From the human T2T-CHM13v2.0 reference genome, Homo sapiens: DNA of 64,000 nt. Under the pieces are notes generated by a model, which ran no database searches, was not told the DNA's origin, and worked only from the letters and a program-made list of their open reading frames with translations. The position numbers were made by a program, and so were the translations under genes. The stretch is from NCBI RefSeq assembly GCF_009914755.1, contig NC_060929.1; one strand, 5' to 3'. This document shows, piece by piece, positions 26,801-40,800 of the stretch (position 1 is the first letter of the stretch; each line of letters opens with the position of its first letter).

Positions 26801-28705
26801 TTTCTTTTCATAGAGCAGTTAGGAAACACTCTGTTTGTAAAGTCTGCAAGTGGATATTCAGACCTCTTTGAGGCCTTCGTTGGAAACGGGTTTTTTTCAT
26901 ATAAGGCTAGACAGAAGAATTCCCAGTAACTTCCTTGTGTTGTGTGTGTTCAACTCACAGAGTTGAACTTTCATTTACACAGAGCAGATTTGAAACACTC
27001 TTTTTGTGGAATTTGCAAATGGAGATTTCAAGCGCTTTGAGGCCAAAGGCAGAAAAGGAAATATCTTCGTAGAAAAACTAGACAGAATCATTCTCAGAAA
27101 CTGCTCTGCGATGTGTGCGTTCAACTCTCAGAGTTTAACTTTTCTTTTCATTCAGCAGTTTGGAAACACTCTGTTTGTAAAGTCTGCACGTGGATAATTT
27201 GACCACTTAGAGGCCTTCGTTGGAAACGGGTTTTTTTCATGTAAGGCTAGACAGAAGAATTCTCAGTAACTTCCTTGTGTTGTGTGTATTCAACTCACAG
27301 AGTTGAACGATCCTTTACACAGAGCAGACTTGTAACACTCTTTTTGTGGAATTTGCAAGTGGAGATTTCAGCCGCTTTGAAGTCAAAGGTAGAAAAGGAA
27401 ATATCTTCCTATAAAAACTAGACAGAATGATTCTCAGAAACTCCTTTGTGATGTGTACGTTCAACTCACAGAGTTTAACCTTTGTTTTCATAGAGCAGTT
27501 AGGAAACACTCTGTTTGTAAAGTCTGCAAGTGGATATTCAGACCTCTTTGAGGCCTTCGTTGGAAACGGGTTTTTTTCATATAAGGCTAGACAGAAGGAT
27601 TCCCAGTAACTTCCTTGTGTTGTGTGTGTTCAACTGACAGAGTTGAACTTTCATTTACAAAGAGCAGATTTGAAACACTCTTTTTGTGGAATTTGCAATT
27701 GGAGATTTCAAGCGCTTTGAGGCCAAAGGCAGAAAAGGAAATATCTTCGTATAAAAACTAGACAGAATCATTCTCAGAAACTGCTCTGCGATGTGTGCGT
27801 TCAACTCTCAGAGTTTAACTTTTCTTTTCATTCAGCAGTTTGGAAACACTCTGTTTGTAAAGTCTGCACGTGGATAATTTGACCACTTAGAGGCCTTCGT
27901 TGGAAACGGGTTTTTTTCATGTAAGGCTAGACAGAAGAATTCTCAGTAACTTCCTTGTGTTGTGTGTATTCAACTCACAGAGTTGAACGATCCTTTACAC
28001 AGAGCAGACTTGTAACACTCTTTTTGTGGAATTTGCAAGTGGAGATTTCAGCTGCTTTGAAGTCAAAGGTAGAAAAGGAAATATCTTCCTATAAAAACTA
28101 GACAGAATGATTCTCAGAAACTCCTTTGTGATGTGTGCGTTCAACTCACAGAGTTTAACCTTTCTTTTCATAGAGCAGTTAGGAAACACTCTGCTTGTAA
28201 AGTCTGCAAGTGGATATTCAGCCCTCTTTGAGGCCTTCGTTGGAAACGGGTTTTTTTCATATAAGGCTAGACAGAAGAATTCCCAGTAACTTCCTTGTGT
28301 TGTGTGTGTTCAACTCACAGAGTTGAACTTTGATTTACACAGAGCAGATTTGAAACACTCTTTTTGTGGAATTTGCAAGTGGAGATTTCAAGCGCTTTGA
28401 GGCCAAAGGCAGAAAAGGAAATATCTTCGTATAAAAACTAGACAGAATCATTCTCAGAAACTGCTCTGCGATGTGTGCGTTCAACTCTCAGAGTTTAACT
28501 TTTCTTTTCATTCAGCAGTTTGGAAACACTCTGTTTGTAAAGTCTGCACGTGGATATTTTGACCACTTAGAGGCCTTCGTTGGAAACGGGTTTTTTTCCT
28601 GTAAGGCTAGACAGAAGAATTCCCAGTAACTTCCTTGTGTTGTGTACATTCCACTCACAGAGTTGAACGTTCCCTTAGACAGAGCAGATTTGAAACACTC
28701 TTTTT
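17832..28705 (+). repeat. Four consecutive 16-mer HORs (head + 3 tetramers), mostly lineage B
   Basis: Markers at 17832, 20551, 23269, 25988 and 28706, with spacings 2719, 2718, 2719 and 2718 bp. Confidence 0.9.
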
Positions 28706-31700
28706 GTGCAATTGGCAAGTGGAGATTTCAAGCGCTTTAAGGTCAATGGCAGAAAAGGAAATATCTTCGTTTCAAAACTAGACAGAATCATTCCCACAAA
28801 CTGCGTTATGATGTGTTCGTTCATCTCACAGAGTTTAACCTTTCTTTTCATAGAGCAGTTAGGAAACAGTCTGTTTGTAAATTCTGTAAGTGGATATTCT
28901 GACATCTTGTGGCCTTCGTTGGAAACGGGATTTCTTCATATTCTGCTAGACAGAAGAATTCTCAGAATCTTCCTTGTGTTGTGTGTATTCAACTCACAGA
29001 GTTGAACGATGGTTTACACAGAGCAGATTTGAAACACTCTTTTTGTGGAATTTGCAAGTGGAGATTTCAGCCGCTTTGAGGTCAATGGTAGAAAAGGAAA
29101 TATCTTCGTATAAAAACTAGACAGAATGATTCTCAGAAACTTCTTTGTGATGTGTGCGTTCAACTCACAGAGTTTAACCTTTCTTTTCATAGAGTAGTTA
29201 GGAAACACTCTGTTTGTAAACTCTGCAAGTGGATATTCAGACCTCTTTGAGGCCTTCGTTGGAAACGGGATTTCTTCATACTGTGCTAGACAGAAGAATT
29301 CTCAGTAACTTCCTTGTGTTGTGTGTATTCAACTCACAGAGTTGACCGATCCTTTACACAGAGCAGACTTGTAACACTCTTTTTGTGGAATTTGCAAGTG
29401 GAGATTTCAGCCGCTTTGAAGTCAAAGGTAGAAAAGGGAATATCTTCCTATAAAAACTAGACAGAATGATTCTCAGAAACTCCTTTGTGATGTGTGCGTT
29501 CAACTCACAGAGTTTAACCTTTCTTTTCATAGAGCAGTTAGGAAACACTCTGTTTCTAAAGTCTGCAAGTGGATATTCAGACCTCTTTGAGGCCTTCGTT
29601 GGAAACGGGTTTTTTTCATATAAGGCTAGAGAGAAGAATTCCCAGTAACTTCCTTGTGTTGTGTGTGTTCAACTCACAGAGTTGAACTTTCATTTACACA
29701 GAGCAGATTTGAAACACTCTTTTTGTGGAATTTGCAAGTGGAGATTTCAAGCGCTGTGAGGCCAAAGGCAGAAAAGGAAATATCTTCGTATAAAAACTAG
29801 ACAGAATCATTCTCAGAAACTGCTCTGCGATGTGTGCGTTCAACTCTCAGAGTTTAACTTTTCTTTTCATTCAGCAGTTTGGAAACACTCTGTTTGTAAA
29901 GTCTGCACGTGGATAATTTGACCACTTAGAGGCCTTCGTTGGAAACGGGTTTTTTTCATGTAAGGCTAGACAGAAGAATTCTCAGTAACTTCCTTGTGTT
30001 GTGTGTATTCAACTCACACAGTTGAACGATCCTTTACACAGAGCAGACTTGTAACACTCTTTTTGTGGAATTTGCAAGTGGAGATTTCAGCCGCTTTGAA
30101 GTCAAATGTAGAAAAGGAAATATCTTCCTATAAAAACTAGACAGAATGATTCTCAGAAACTCCTTTGTGATGTATGCGTTCAACTCACAGAGTTTAACCT
30201 TTCTTTTCATAGAGCAGTTAGGAAACACTCTGTTTGTAAAGTCTGCAAGTGGATATTCAGACCTCTTTGAGGCCTTCGTTGGAAACGGGTTTTTTTCATA
30301 TAAGGCTAGACAGAAGAATTCCCAGTAACTTCCTTGTGTTGTGTGTGTTCAACTCACAGAGTTGAACTTTCATTTACACAGAGCAGATTTGAAACACTCT
30401 TTTTGTGGAATTTGCAAGTGGAGATTTCAAGCGCTTTGAGGCCAAAGGCAGAAAAGGAAATATCTTCGTATAAAAACTAGACAGAATCATTCTCAGAAAC
30501 TGCTCTGTGATGTGTGCGTTCAACTCTCAGAGTTTAACTTTTCTTTTCATTCAGCAGTTTGGAAACACTCTGTTTGTAAAGTCTGCACGTGGATAATTTG
30601 ACCACTTAGAGGCCTTCGTTGGAAACGGGTTTTTTTCATGTAAGGCTAGACAGAAGAGTTCTCAGTAACTTCCTTGTGTTGTGTGTATTCAACTCACACA
30701 GTTGAACGGTCCTTTACACAGAGCAGACTTGTAACACTCTTTTTGTGGAATTTGCAAGTGGAGATTTCAGCCGCTTTGAAGTCAAAGTAGAAAAGGAAAT
30801 ATCTTCCTATAAAAACTAGACAGAATGATTCTCAGAAACTCCTTTGTGATGTGTGCGTTCAACTCACAGAGTTTAACCTTTCTTTTCATAGAGCAGTTAG
30901 GAAACACTCTGTTTGTAAAGTCTGCAAGTGGATATTCAGACCTCTTTGAGGCCTTCGTTGGAAACGGGTTTTTTTCATATAAGGCTAGACAGAAGAATTC
31001 CCAGTAACTTCCTTGTGTTGTGTGTGTTCAACTCACAGAGTTGAACTTTCATTTACACAGAGCAGATTTGAAACACTCTTTTTGTGGAATTTGCAGGTGG
31101 AGATTTCAAGCGCTTTGAGGCCAAAGGCAGAAAAGGAAATATCTTCGTATAAAAACTAGACAGAATCATTCTCAGAAACTGCTCTGCGATGTGTGCGTTC
31201 AACTCTCAGAGTTTAACTTTTCTTTTCATTCAGCAGTTTGGAAACACTCTGTTTGTAAAGTCTGCACGTGGATAATTTGACCACTTAGAGGCCTTCGTTG
31301 GAAACGGGTTTTTTTCATGTAAGGCTAGACAGAAGAATTCTCAGTAACTTCCTTGTGTTGTGTGTATTCAACTCACAGAGTTGAACGATCCTTTACACAG
31401 AGCAGACTTGTAACACTCTTTTTGTGGAATTTGCAAGTGGAGATTTCAGCCGCTTTGAAGTCAAAGGTAGAAAAGGAAATATCTTCCTATAAAAACTAGA
31501 CAGAATGATTCTCAGAAACTCCTTTGTGATGTGTGCGTTCAACTCACAGAGTTTAACCTTTCTTTTCATAGAGCAGTTAGGAAACACTCTGCTTGTAAAG
31601 TCTGCAAGTGGATATTCAGCCCTCTTTGAGGCCTTCGTTGGAAACGGGTTTTTTTCATATAAGGCTAGACAGAAGAATTCCCAGTAACTTCCTTGTGTTG

Positions 31701-32103
31701 TGTGTGTTCAACTCACAGAGTTGAACTTTCATTTACACAGAGCAGATTTGAAACACTCTTTTTGTGGAATTTGCAAGTGGAGATTTCAAGCGCTTTGAGG
31801 CCAAAGGCAGAAAAGGAAATATCTTCGTATAAAAACTAGACAGAATCATTCTCAGAAGCTGCTCTGCGATGTGTGCGTTCAACTCTCAGAGTTTAACTTT
31901 TCTTTTCATTCAGCAGTTTGGAAACACTCTGTTTGTAAAGTCTGCACGTGGATATTTTGACCACTTAGAGGCCTTCGTTGGAAACGGGTTTTTTTCCTGT
32001 AAGGCTAGACAGAAGAATTCCCAGTAACTTCCTTGTGTTGTGTACATTCAACTCACAGAGTTGAACGTTCCCTTAGACAGAGCAGATTTGAAACACTCTT
32101 TTT
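28706..32103 (+). repeat. 20-mer HOR, lineage A'
   Basis: Marker spacing 3398 bp. Confidence 0.9.
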
Positions 32104-34821
32104 GTGCAATTGGCAAGTGGAGATTTCAAGCGCTTTGAGGTCAATGGCAGAAAAGGAAATATCTTCGTTTCAAAACTAGACAGAATCATTCCCACAAACT
32201 GCGTTGTGATGTGTTCGTTCAACTCACAGAGTTTAACCTTTCTTTTCATAGAGCAGTTAGGAAACAGTCTGTTTGAAAATTCTGTAAGTGGATATTCTGA
32301 CATCTTGTGGCCTTCGTTGGAAACGGGATTTCTTCATATTCTGCTAGACAGAAGAATTCTCAGAATCTTCCTTGTGTTGTGTGTATTCAACTCACAGAGT
32401 TGAACGATGGTTTACACAGAGCAGATTTGAAACACTCATTTGGTGGAATTTGCAAGTGGAGATTTCAGCCGCTTTGAGGTCAATGGTAGAAAAGGAAATA
32501 TCTTCGTATAACAACTAGACAGAATGATTCTCAGAAACTTCTTTGTGATGTGTGTGTTCAACTCACAGAGTTTAACCTTTCTTTTCATAGAGCAGTTAGG
32601 AAACACTGTGTTTTTAAACTCTGCAAGTGGATATTCAGATCTCTTTGAGGCCTTCGTTGGAAACGGGTTTCTTCATACTGTGCTAGACAGAAGAATTCTC
32701 AGTAACTTCCTTGTGTTGTGTGTATTCAACTCACAGAGTTGAACGATCCTTTACACAGAGCAGACTTGAAACACTCTTTTTGTGGAATTTGCAAGTGGAG
32801 ATTTCAGCCGCGTTGAGGTCAATGGTAGAAAAGGAAATATCTTCGTATAAAAACTAGACAGAATGATTCTCAGAAACTCCTTTGTGATGTGTGTGTTCAA
32901 CTCACAGAGTTTAACATTTCTTTTCATAGAGCAGTTAGGAAACACTCTGTTTGTAAAGTCTGCAAGTGGATATTCAGACCTCTTTGAGGCCTTCGTTGGA
33001 AACGGGTTTTTTTCATATAAGGCTAGACAGAAGAATTCCCAGTAACTTCCTTGTGTTGTGTGTGTTCAACTCACAGAGTTGAACTTTCATTTACACAGAG
33101 CAGATTTGAAACACTCTTTTTGTGGAATTTGCAAATGGAGATTTCAAGCGCTTTGAGGCCAAAGGCAGAAAAGGAAATATCTTCGTAGAAAAACTAGACA
33201 GAATCATTCTCAGAAACTGCTCTGCGATGTGTGCGTTCAACTCTCAGAGTTTAACTTTTCTTTTCATTCAGCAGTTTGGAAACACTCTGTTTGTAAAGTC
33301 TGCACGTGGATAATTTGACCACTTAGAGGCCTTCGTTGGAAACGGGTTTTTTTCATGTAAGGCTAGACAGAAGAATTCTCAGTAACTTCCTTGTGTTGTG
33401 TGTATTCAACTCACAGAGTTGAACGATCCTTTACACAGAGCAGACTTGTAACACTCTTTTTGTGGAATTTGCAAGTGGAGATTTCAGCCGCTTTGAAGTC
33501 AAAGGTAGAAAAGGAAATATCTTCCTATAAAAACTAGACAGAATGATTCTCAGAAACTCCTTTGTGATGTGTACGTTCAACTCACAGAGTTTAACCTTTG
33601 TTTTCATAGAGCAGTTAGGAAACACTCTGTTTGTAAAGTCTGCAAGTGGATATTCAGACCTCTTTGAGGCCTTCGTTGGAAACGGGTTTTTTTCATATAA
33701 GGCTAGACAGAAGGATTCCCAGTAACTTCCTTGTGTTGTGTGTGTTCAACTCACAGAGTTGAACTTTCATTTACAAAGAGCAGATTTGAAACACTCTTTT
33801 TGTGGAATTTGCAATTGGAGATTTCAAGCGCTTTGAGGCCAAAGGCAGAAAAGGAAATATCTTCGTATAAAAACTAGACAGAATCATTCTCAGAAACTGC
33901 TCTGCGATGTGTGCGTTCAACTCTCAGAGTTTAACTTTTCTTTTCATTCAGCAGTTTGGAAACACTCTGTTTGTAAAGTCTGCACGTGGATAATTTGACC
34001 ACTTAGAGGCCTTCGTTGGAAACGGGTTTTTTTCATGTAAGGCTAGACAGAAGAATTCTTAGTAACTTCCTTGTGTTGTGTGTATTCAACTCACAGAGTT
34101 GAACGATCCTTTACACAGAGCAGACTTGTAACACTCTTTTTGTGGAATTTGCAAGTGGAGATTTCAGCCGCTTTGAAGTCAAAGGTAGAAAAGGAAATAT
34201 CTTCCTATAAAAACTAGACAGAATGATTCTCAGAAACTCCTTTGTGATGTGTGCGTTCAACTCACAGAGTTTAACCTTTCTTTTCATAGAGCAGTTAGGA
34301 AACACTCTGCTTGTAAAGTCTGCAAGTGGATATTCAGCCCTCTTTGAGGCCTTCGTTGGAAACGGGTTTTTTTCATATAAGGCTAGACAGAAGAATTCCC
34401 AGTAACTTCCTTGTGTTGTGTGTGTTCAACTCACAGAGTTGAACTTTGATTTACACAGAGCAGATTTGAAACACTCTTTTTGTGGAATTTGCAAGTGGAG
34501 ATTTCAAGCGCTTTGAGGCCAAAGGCAGAAAAGGAAATATCTTCGTATAAGAACTAGACAGAATCATTCTCAGAAACTGCTCTGCGATGTGTGCGTTCAA
34601 CTCTCAGAGTTTAACTTTTCTTTTCATTCAGCAGTTTGGAAACACTCTGTTTGTAAAGTCTGCACGTGGATATTTTGACCACTTAGAGGCCTTCGTTGGA
34701 AACGGGTTTTTTTCCTGTAAGGCTAGACAGAAGAATTCCCAGTAACTTCCTTGTGTTGTGTACATTCCACTCACAGAGTTGAACGTTCCCTTAGACAGAG
34801 CAGATTTGAAACACTCTTTTT
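32104..34821 (+). repeat. 16-mer HOR, lineage B
   Basis: Marker spacing 2718 bp. Confidence 0.9.
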
Positions 34822-37800
34822 GTGCAATTGGCAAGTGGAGATTTCAAGCGCTTTAAGGTCAATGGCAGAAAAGGAAATATCTTCGTTTCAAAACTAGACA
34901 GAATCATTCCCAAAAACTGCGTTATGATGTGTTCGTTCATCTCACAGAGTTTAACCTTTCTTTTCATAGAGCAGTTAGGAAACAGTCTGTTTGTAAATTC
35001 TGTAAGTGGATATTCTGACATCTTGTGGCCTTCGTTGGAAACGGGATTTCTTCATATTCTGCTAGACAGAAGAATTCTCAGAATCTTCCTTGTGTTGTGT
35101 GTATTCAACTCACAGAGTTGAACGATGGTTTACACAGAGCAGATTTGAAACACTCTTTTTGTGGAATTTGCAAGTGGAGATTTCAGCCGCTTTGAGGTCA
35201 ATGGTAGAAAAGGAAATATCTTCGTATAAAAACTAGACAGAATGATTCTCAGAAACTTCTTTGTGATGTGTGCGTTCAACTCACAGAGTTTAACCTTTCT
35301 TTTCATAGAGTAGTTAGGAAACACTCTGTTTGTAAACTCTGCAAGTGGATATTCAGACCTCTTTGAGGCCTTCGTTGGAAACGGGATTTCTTCATACTGT
35401 GCTAGACAGAAGAATTCTCAGTAACTTCCTTGTGTTGTGTGTATTCAACTCACAGAGTTGACCGATCCTTTACACAGAGCAGACTTGTAACACTCTTTTT
35501 GTGGAATTTGCAAGTGGAGATTTCAGCCGCTTTGAAGTCAAAGGTAGAAAAGGGAATATCTTCCTATAAAAACTAGACAGAATGATTCTCAGAAACTCCT
35601 TTGTGATGTGTGCGTTCAACTCACAGAGTTTAACCTTTCTTTTCATAGAGCAGTTAGGAAACACTCTGTTTCTAAAGTCTGCAAGTGGATATTCAGACCT
35701 CTTTGAGGCCTTCGTTGGAAACGGGTTTTTTTCATATAAGGCTAGACAGAAGAATTCCCAGTAACTTCCTTGTGTTGTGTGTGTTCAACTCACAGAGTTG
35801 AACTTTCATTTACACAGAGCAGATTTGAAACACTCTTTTTGTGGAATTTGCAAGTGGAGATTTCAAGCGCTTTGAGGCCAAAGGCAGAAAAGGAAATATC
35901 TTCGTATAAAAACTAGACAGAATCATTCTCAGAAACTGCTCTGCGATGTGTGCGTTCAACTCTCAGAGTTTAACTTTTCTTTTCATTCAGCAGTTTGGAA
36001 ACACTCTGTTTGTAAAGTCTGCACGTGGATAATTTGACCACTTAGAGGCCTTCGTTGGAAACGGGTTTTTTTCATGTAAGGCTAGACAGAAGAATTCTCA
36101 GTAACTTCCTTGTGTTGTGTGTATTCAACTCACAGAGTTGAACGATCCTTTACACAGAGCAGACTTGTAACACTCTTTTTGTGGAATTTGCAAGTGGAGA
36201 TTTCAGCCGCTTTGAAGTCAAAGGTAGAAAAGGAAATATCTTCCTATAAAAACTAGACAGAATGATTCTCAGAAACTCCTTTGTGATGTGTGCGTTCAAC
36301 TCACAGAGTTTAACCTTTCTTTTCATAGAGCAGTTAGGAAACACTCTGCTTGTAAAGTCTGCAAGTGGATATTCAGCCCTCTTTGAGGCCTTCGTTGGAA
36401 ACGGGTTTTTTTCATATAAGGCTAGACAGAAGAATTCCCAGTAACTTCCTTGTGTTGTGTGTGTTCAACTCACAGAGTTGAACTTTGATTTACACAGAGC
36501 AGATTTGAAACACTCTTTTTGTGGAATTTGCAAGTGGAGATTTCAAGCGCTTTGAGGCCAAAGGCAGAAAAGGAAATATCTTCGTATAAAAACTAGACAG
36601 AATCATTCTCAGAAACTGCTCTGCGATGTGTGCGTTCAACTCTCAGAGTTTAACTTTTCTTTTCATTCAGCAGTTTGGAAACACTCTGTTTGTAAAGTCT
36701 GCACGTGGATATTTTGACCACTTAGAGGCCTTCGTTGGAAACGGGTTTTTTTCCTGTAAGGCTAGACAGAAGAATTCCCAGTAACTTCCTTGTGTTGTGT
36801 ACATTCCACTCACAGAGTTGAACGTTCCCTTAGACAGAGCAGATTTGAAACACTCTTTTTGTGCAATTGGCAAGTGGAGATTTCAAGCGCTTTAAGGTCA
36901 ATGGCAGAAAAGGAAATATCTTCGTTTCAAAACTAGACAGAATCATTCCCAAAAACTGCGTTATGATGTGTTCGTTCATCTCACAGAGTTTAACCTTTCT
37001 TTTCATAGAGCAGTTAGGAAACAGTCTGTTTGTAAATTCTGTAAGTGGATATTCTGACATCTTGTGGCCTTCGTTGGAAACGGGATTTCTTCATATTCTG
37101 CTAGACAGAAGAATTCTCAGAATCTTCCTTGTGTTGTGTGTATTCAACTCACAGAGTTGAACGATGGTTTACACAGAGCAGATTTGAAACACTCTTTTTG
37201 TGGAATTTGCAAGTGGAGATTTCAGCCGCTTTGAGGTCAATGGTAGAAAAGGAAATATCTTCGTATAAAAACTAGACAGAATGATTCTCAGAAACTTCTT
37301 TGTGATGTGTGCGTTCAACTCACAGAGTTTAACCTTTCTTTTCATAGAGTAGTTAGGAAACACTCTGTTTGTAAACTCTGCAAGTGGATATTCAGACCTC
37401 TTTGAGGCCTTCGTTGGAAACGGGATTTCTTCATACTGTGCTAGACAGAAGAATTCTCAGTAACTTCCTTGTGTTGTGTGTATTCAACTCACAGAGTTGA
37501 CCGATCCTTTACACAGAGCAGACTTGTAACACTCTTTTTGTGGAATTTGCAAGTGGAGATTTCAGCCGCTTTGAAGTCAAAGGTAGAAAAGGGAATATCT
37601 TCCTATAAAAACTAGACAGAATGATTCTCAGAAACTCCTTTGTGATGTGTGCGTTCAACTCACAGAGTTTAACCTTTCTTTTCATAGAGCAGTTAGGAAA
37701 CACTCTGTTTCTAAAGTCTGCAAGTGGATATTCAGACCTCTTTGAGGCCTTCGTTGGAAACGGGTTTTTTTCATATAAGGCTAGACAGAAGAATTCCCAG

Positions 37801-40800
37801 TAACTTCCTTGTGTTGTGTGTGTTCAACTCACAGAGTTGAACTTTCATTTACACAGAGCAGATTTGAAACACTCTTTTTGTGGAATTTGCAAGTGGAGAT
37901 TTCAAGCGCTGTGAGGCCAAAGGCAGAAAAGGAAATATCTTCGTATAAAAACTAGACAGAATCATTCTCAGAAACTGCTCTGCGATGTGTGCGTTCAACT
38001 CTCAGAGTTTAACTTTTCTTTTCATTCAGCAGTTTGGAAACACTCTGTTTGTAAAGTCTGCACGTGGATAATTTGACCACTTAGAGGCCTTCGTTGGAAA
38101 CGGGTTTTTTTCATGTAAGGCTAGACAGAAGAGTTCTCAGTAACTTCCTTGTGTTGTGTGTATTCAACTCACACAGTTGAACGATCCTTTACACAGAGCA
38201 GACTTGTAACACTCTTTTTGTGGAATTTGCAAGTGGAGATTTCAGCCGCTTTGAAGTCAAAGTAGAAAAGGAAATATCTTCCTATAAAAACTAGACAGAA
38301 TGATTCTCAGAAACTCCTTTGTGATGTGTGCGTTCAACTCACAGAGTTTAACCTTTCTTTTCATAGAGCAGTTAGGAAACACTCTGTTTCTAAAGTCTGC
38401 AAGTGGATATTCAGACCTCTTTGAGGCCTTCGTTGGAAACGGGTTTTTTTCATATAAGGCTAGACAGAAGAATTCCCAGTAACTTCCTTGTGTTGTGTGT
38501 GTTCAACTCACAGAGTTGAACTTTCATTTACACAGAGCAGATTTGAAACACTCTTTTTGTGGAATTTGCAGGTGGAGATTTCAAGCGCTTTGAGGCCAAA
38601 GGCAGAAAAGGAAATATCTTCGTATAAAAACTAGACAGAATCATTCTCAGAAACTGCTCTGCGATGTGTGCGTTCAACTCTCAGAGTTTAACTTTTCTTT
38701 TCATTCAGCAGTTTGGAAACACTGTGTAAAGTCTGCACGTGGATAATTTGACCACTTAGAGGCCTTCGTTGGAAACGGGTTTTTTTCATGTAAGGCTAGA
38801 CAGAAGAATTCTCAGTAACTTCCTTGTGTTGTGTGTATTCAACTCACAGAGTTGAACGATCCTTTACACAGAGCAGACTTGTAACACTCTTTTTGTGGAA
38901 TTTGCAAGTGGAGATTTCAGCCGCTTTGAAGTCAAAGGTAGAAAAGGAAATATCTTCCTATAAAAACTAGACAGAATGATTCTCAGAAACTCCTTTGTGA
39001 TGTGTGCGTTCAACTCACAGAGTTTAACCTTTCTTTTCATAGAGCAGTTAGGAAACACTCTGCTTGTAAAGTCTGCAAGTGGATATTCAGCCCTCTTTGA
39101 GGCCTTCGTTGGAAACGGGTTTTTTTCATATAAGGCTAGACAGAAGAATTCCCAGTAACTTCCTTGTGTTGTGTGTGTTCAACTCACAGAGTTGAACTTT
39201 GATTTACACAGAGCAGATTTGAAACACTCTTTTTGTGGAATTTGCAAGTGGAGATTTCAAGCGCTTTGAGGCCAAAGGCAGAAAAGGAAATATCTTCGTA
39301 TAAAAACTAGACAGAATCATTCTCAGAAACTGCTCTGCGATGTGTGCGTTCAACTCTCAGAGTTTAACTTTTCTTTTCATTCAGCAGTTTGGAAACACTC
39401 TGTTTGTAAAGTCTGCACGTGGATATTTTGACCACTTAGAGGCCTTCGTTGGAAACGGGTTTTTTTCCTGTAAGGCTAGACAGAAGAATTCCCAGTAACT
39501 TCCTTGTGTTGTGTACATTCAACTCACAGAGTTGAACGTTCCCTTAGACAGAGCAGATTTGAAACACTCTTTTTGTGCAATTGGCAAGTGGAGATTTCAA
39601 GCGCTTTAAGGTCAATGGCAGAAAAGGAAATATCTTCGTTTCAAAACTAGACAGAATCATTCCCACAAACTGCGTTGTGATGTGTTCGTTCATCTCACAG
39701 AGTTTAACCTTTCTTTTCATAGAGCAGTTAGGAAACACTCTGTTTGTAAATTCTGTAAGTGGATATTCTGACATCTTGTGGCCTTCGTTGGAAACGGGAT
39801 TTCTTCATATTCTGCTAGACAGAAGAATTCTCAGAATCTTCCTTGTGTTGTGTGTATTCAACTCACAGAGTTGAACGATGGTTTACACAGAGCAGATTTG
39901 AAACACTCTTTTTGGGGAATTTGCAAGTGGAGATTTCAGCCGCTTTGAAGTCAATGGTAGAAAAGGAAATATCTTCGTATAAAAACTAGACAGAATGATT
40001 CTCAGAAACTTCTTTGTGATGTGTGCGTTCAACTCACAGAGTTTAACCTTTCTTTTCATAGAGCAGTTAGGAAACACTCTGTTTGTAAACTCTGCAAGTG
40101 GATATTCAGACCTCTTTGAGGCCTTCGTTGGAAACGGGATTTCTTCATACTGTGCTAGACAGAAGAATTCTCAGTAACTTCCTTGTGTTGTGTGTATTCA
40201 ACTCACAGAGTTGAACGATCCTTTACACAGAGCAGACTTGAAACACTCTTTTTGTGGAATTTGCAAGTGGAGATTTCAGCCGCGTTGAGGTCAATGGTAG
40301 AAAAGGAAATATCTTCGTATAAAAACTAGACAGAATGATTCTCAGAAACTCCTTTGAGATGTGTGTGTTCAACTCACAGAGTTTAACCTTTCTTTTCATA
40401 GAGCAGTTAGGAATCACTCTGTTTGTAAAGTCTGCAAGTGGATATTCAGACCTCTTTGAGGCCTTCGTTGGAAACGGGTTTTTTTCATATAAGGCTAGAC
40501 AGAAGAATTCCCAGTAACTTCCTTGTGTTGTGTGTGTTCAACTCACAGAGTTGAACTTTCATTTACACAGAGCAGATTTGAAACACTCTTTTTGTGGAAT
40601 TTGCAAGTGGAGATTTCAAGCGCTTTGAGGCCAAAGGCAGAAAAGGAAATATCTTCGTATAAAAACTAGACAGAATCATTCTCAGAAACTGCTCTGTGAT
40701 GTGTGCGTTCAACTCTCAGAGTTTAACTTTTCTTTTCATTCAGCAGTTTGGAAACACTCTGTTTGTAAAGTCTGCACGTGGATAATTTGACCACTTAGAG

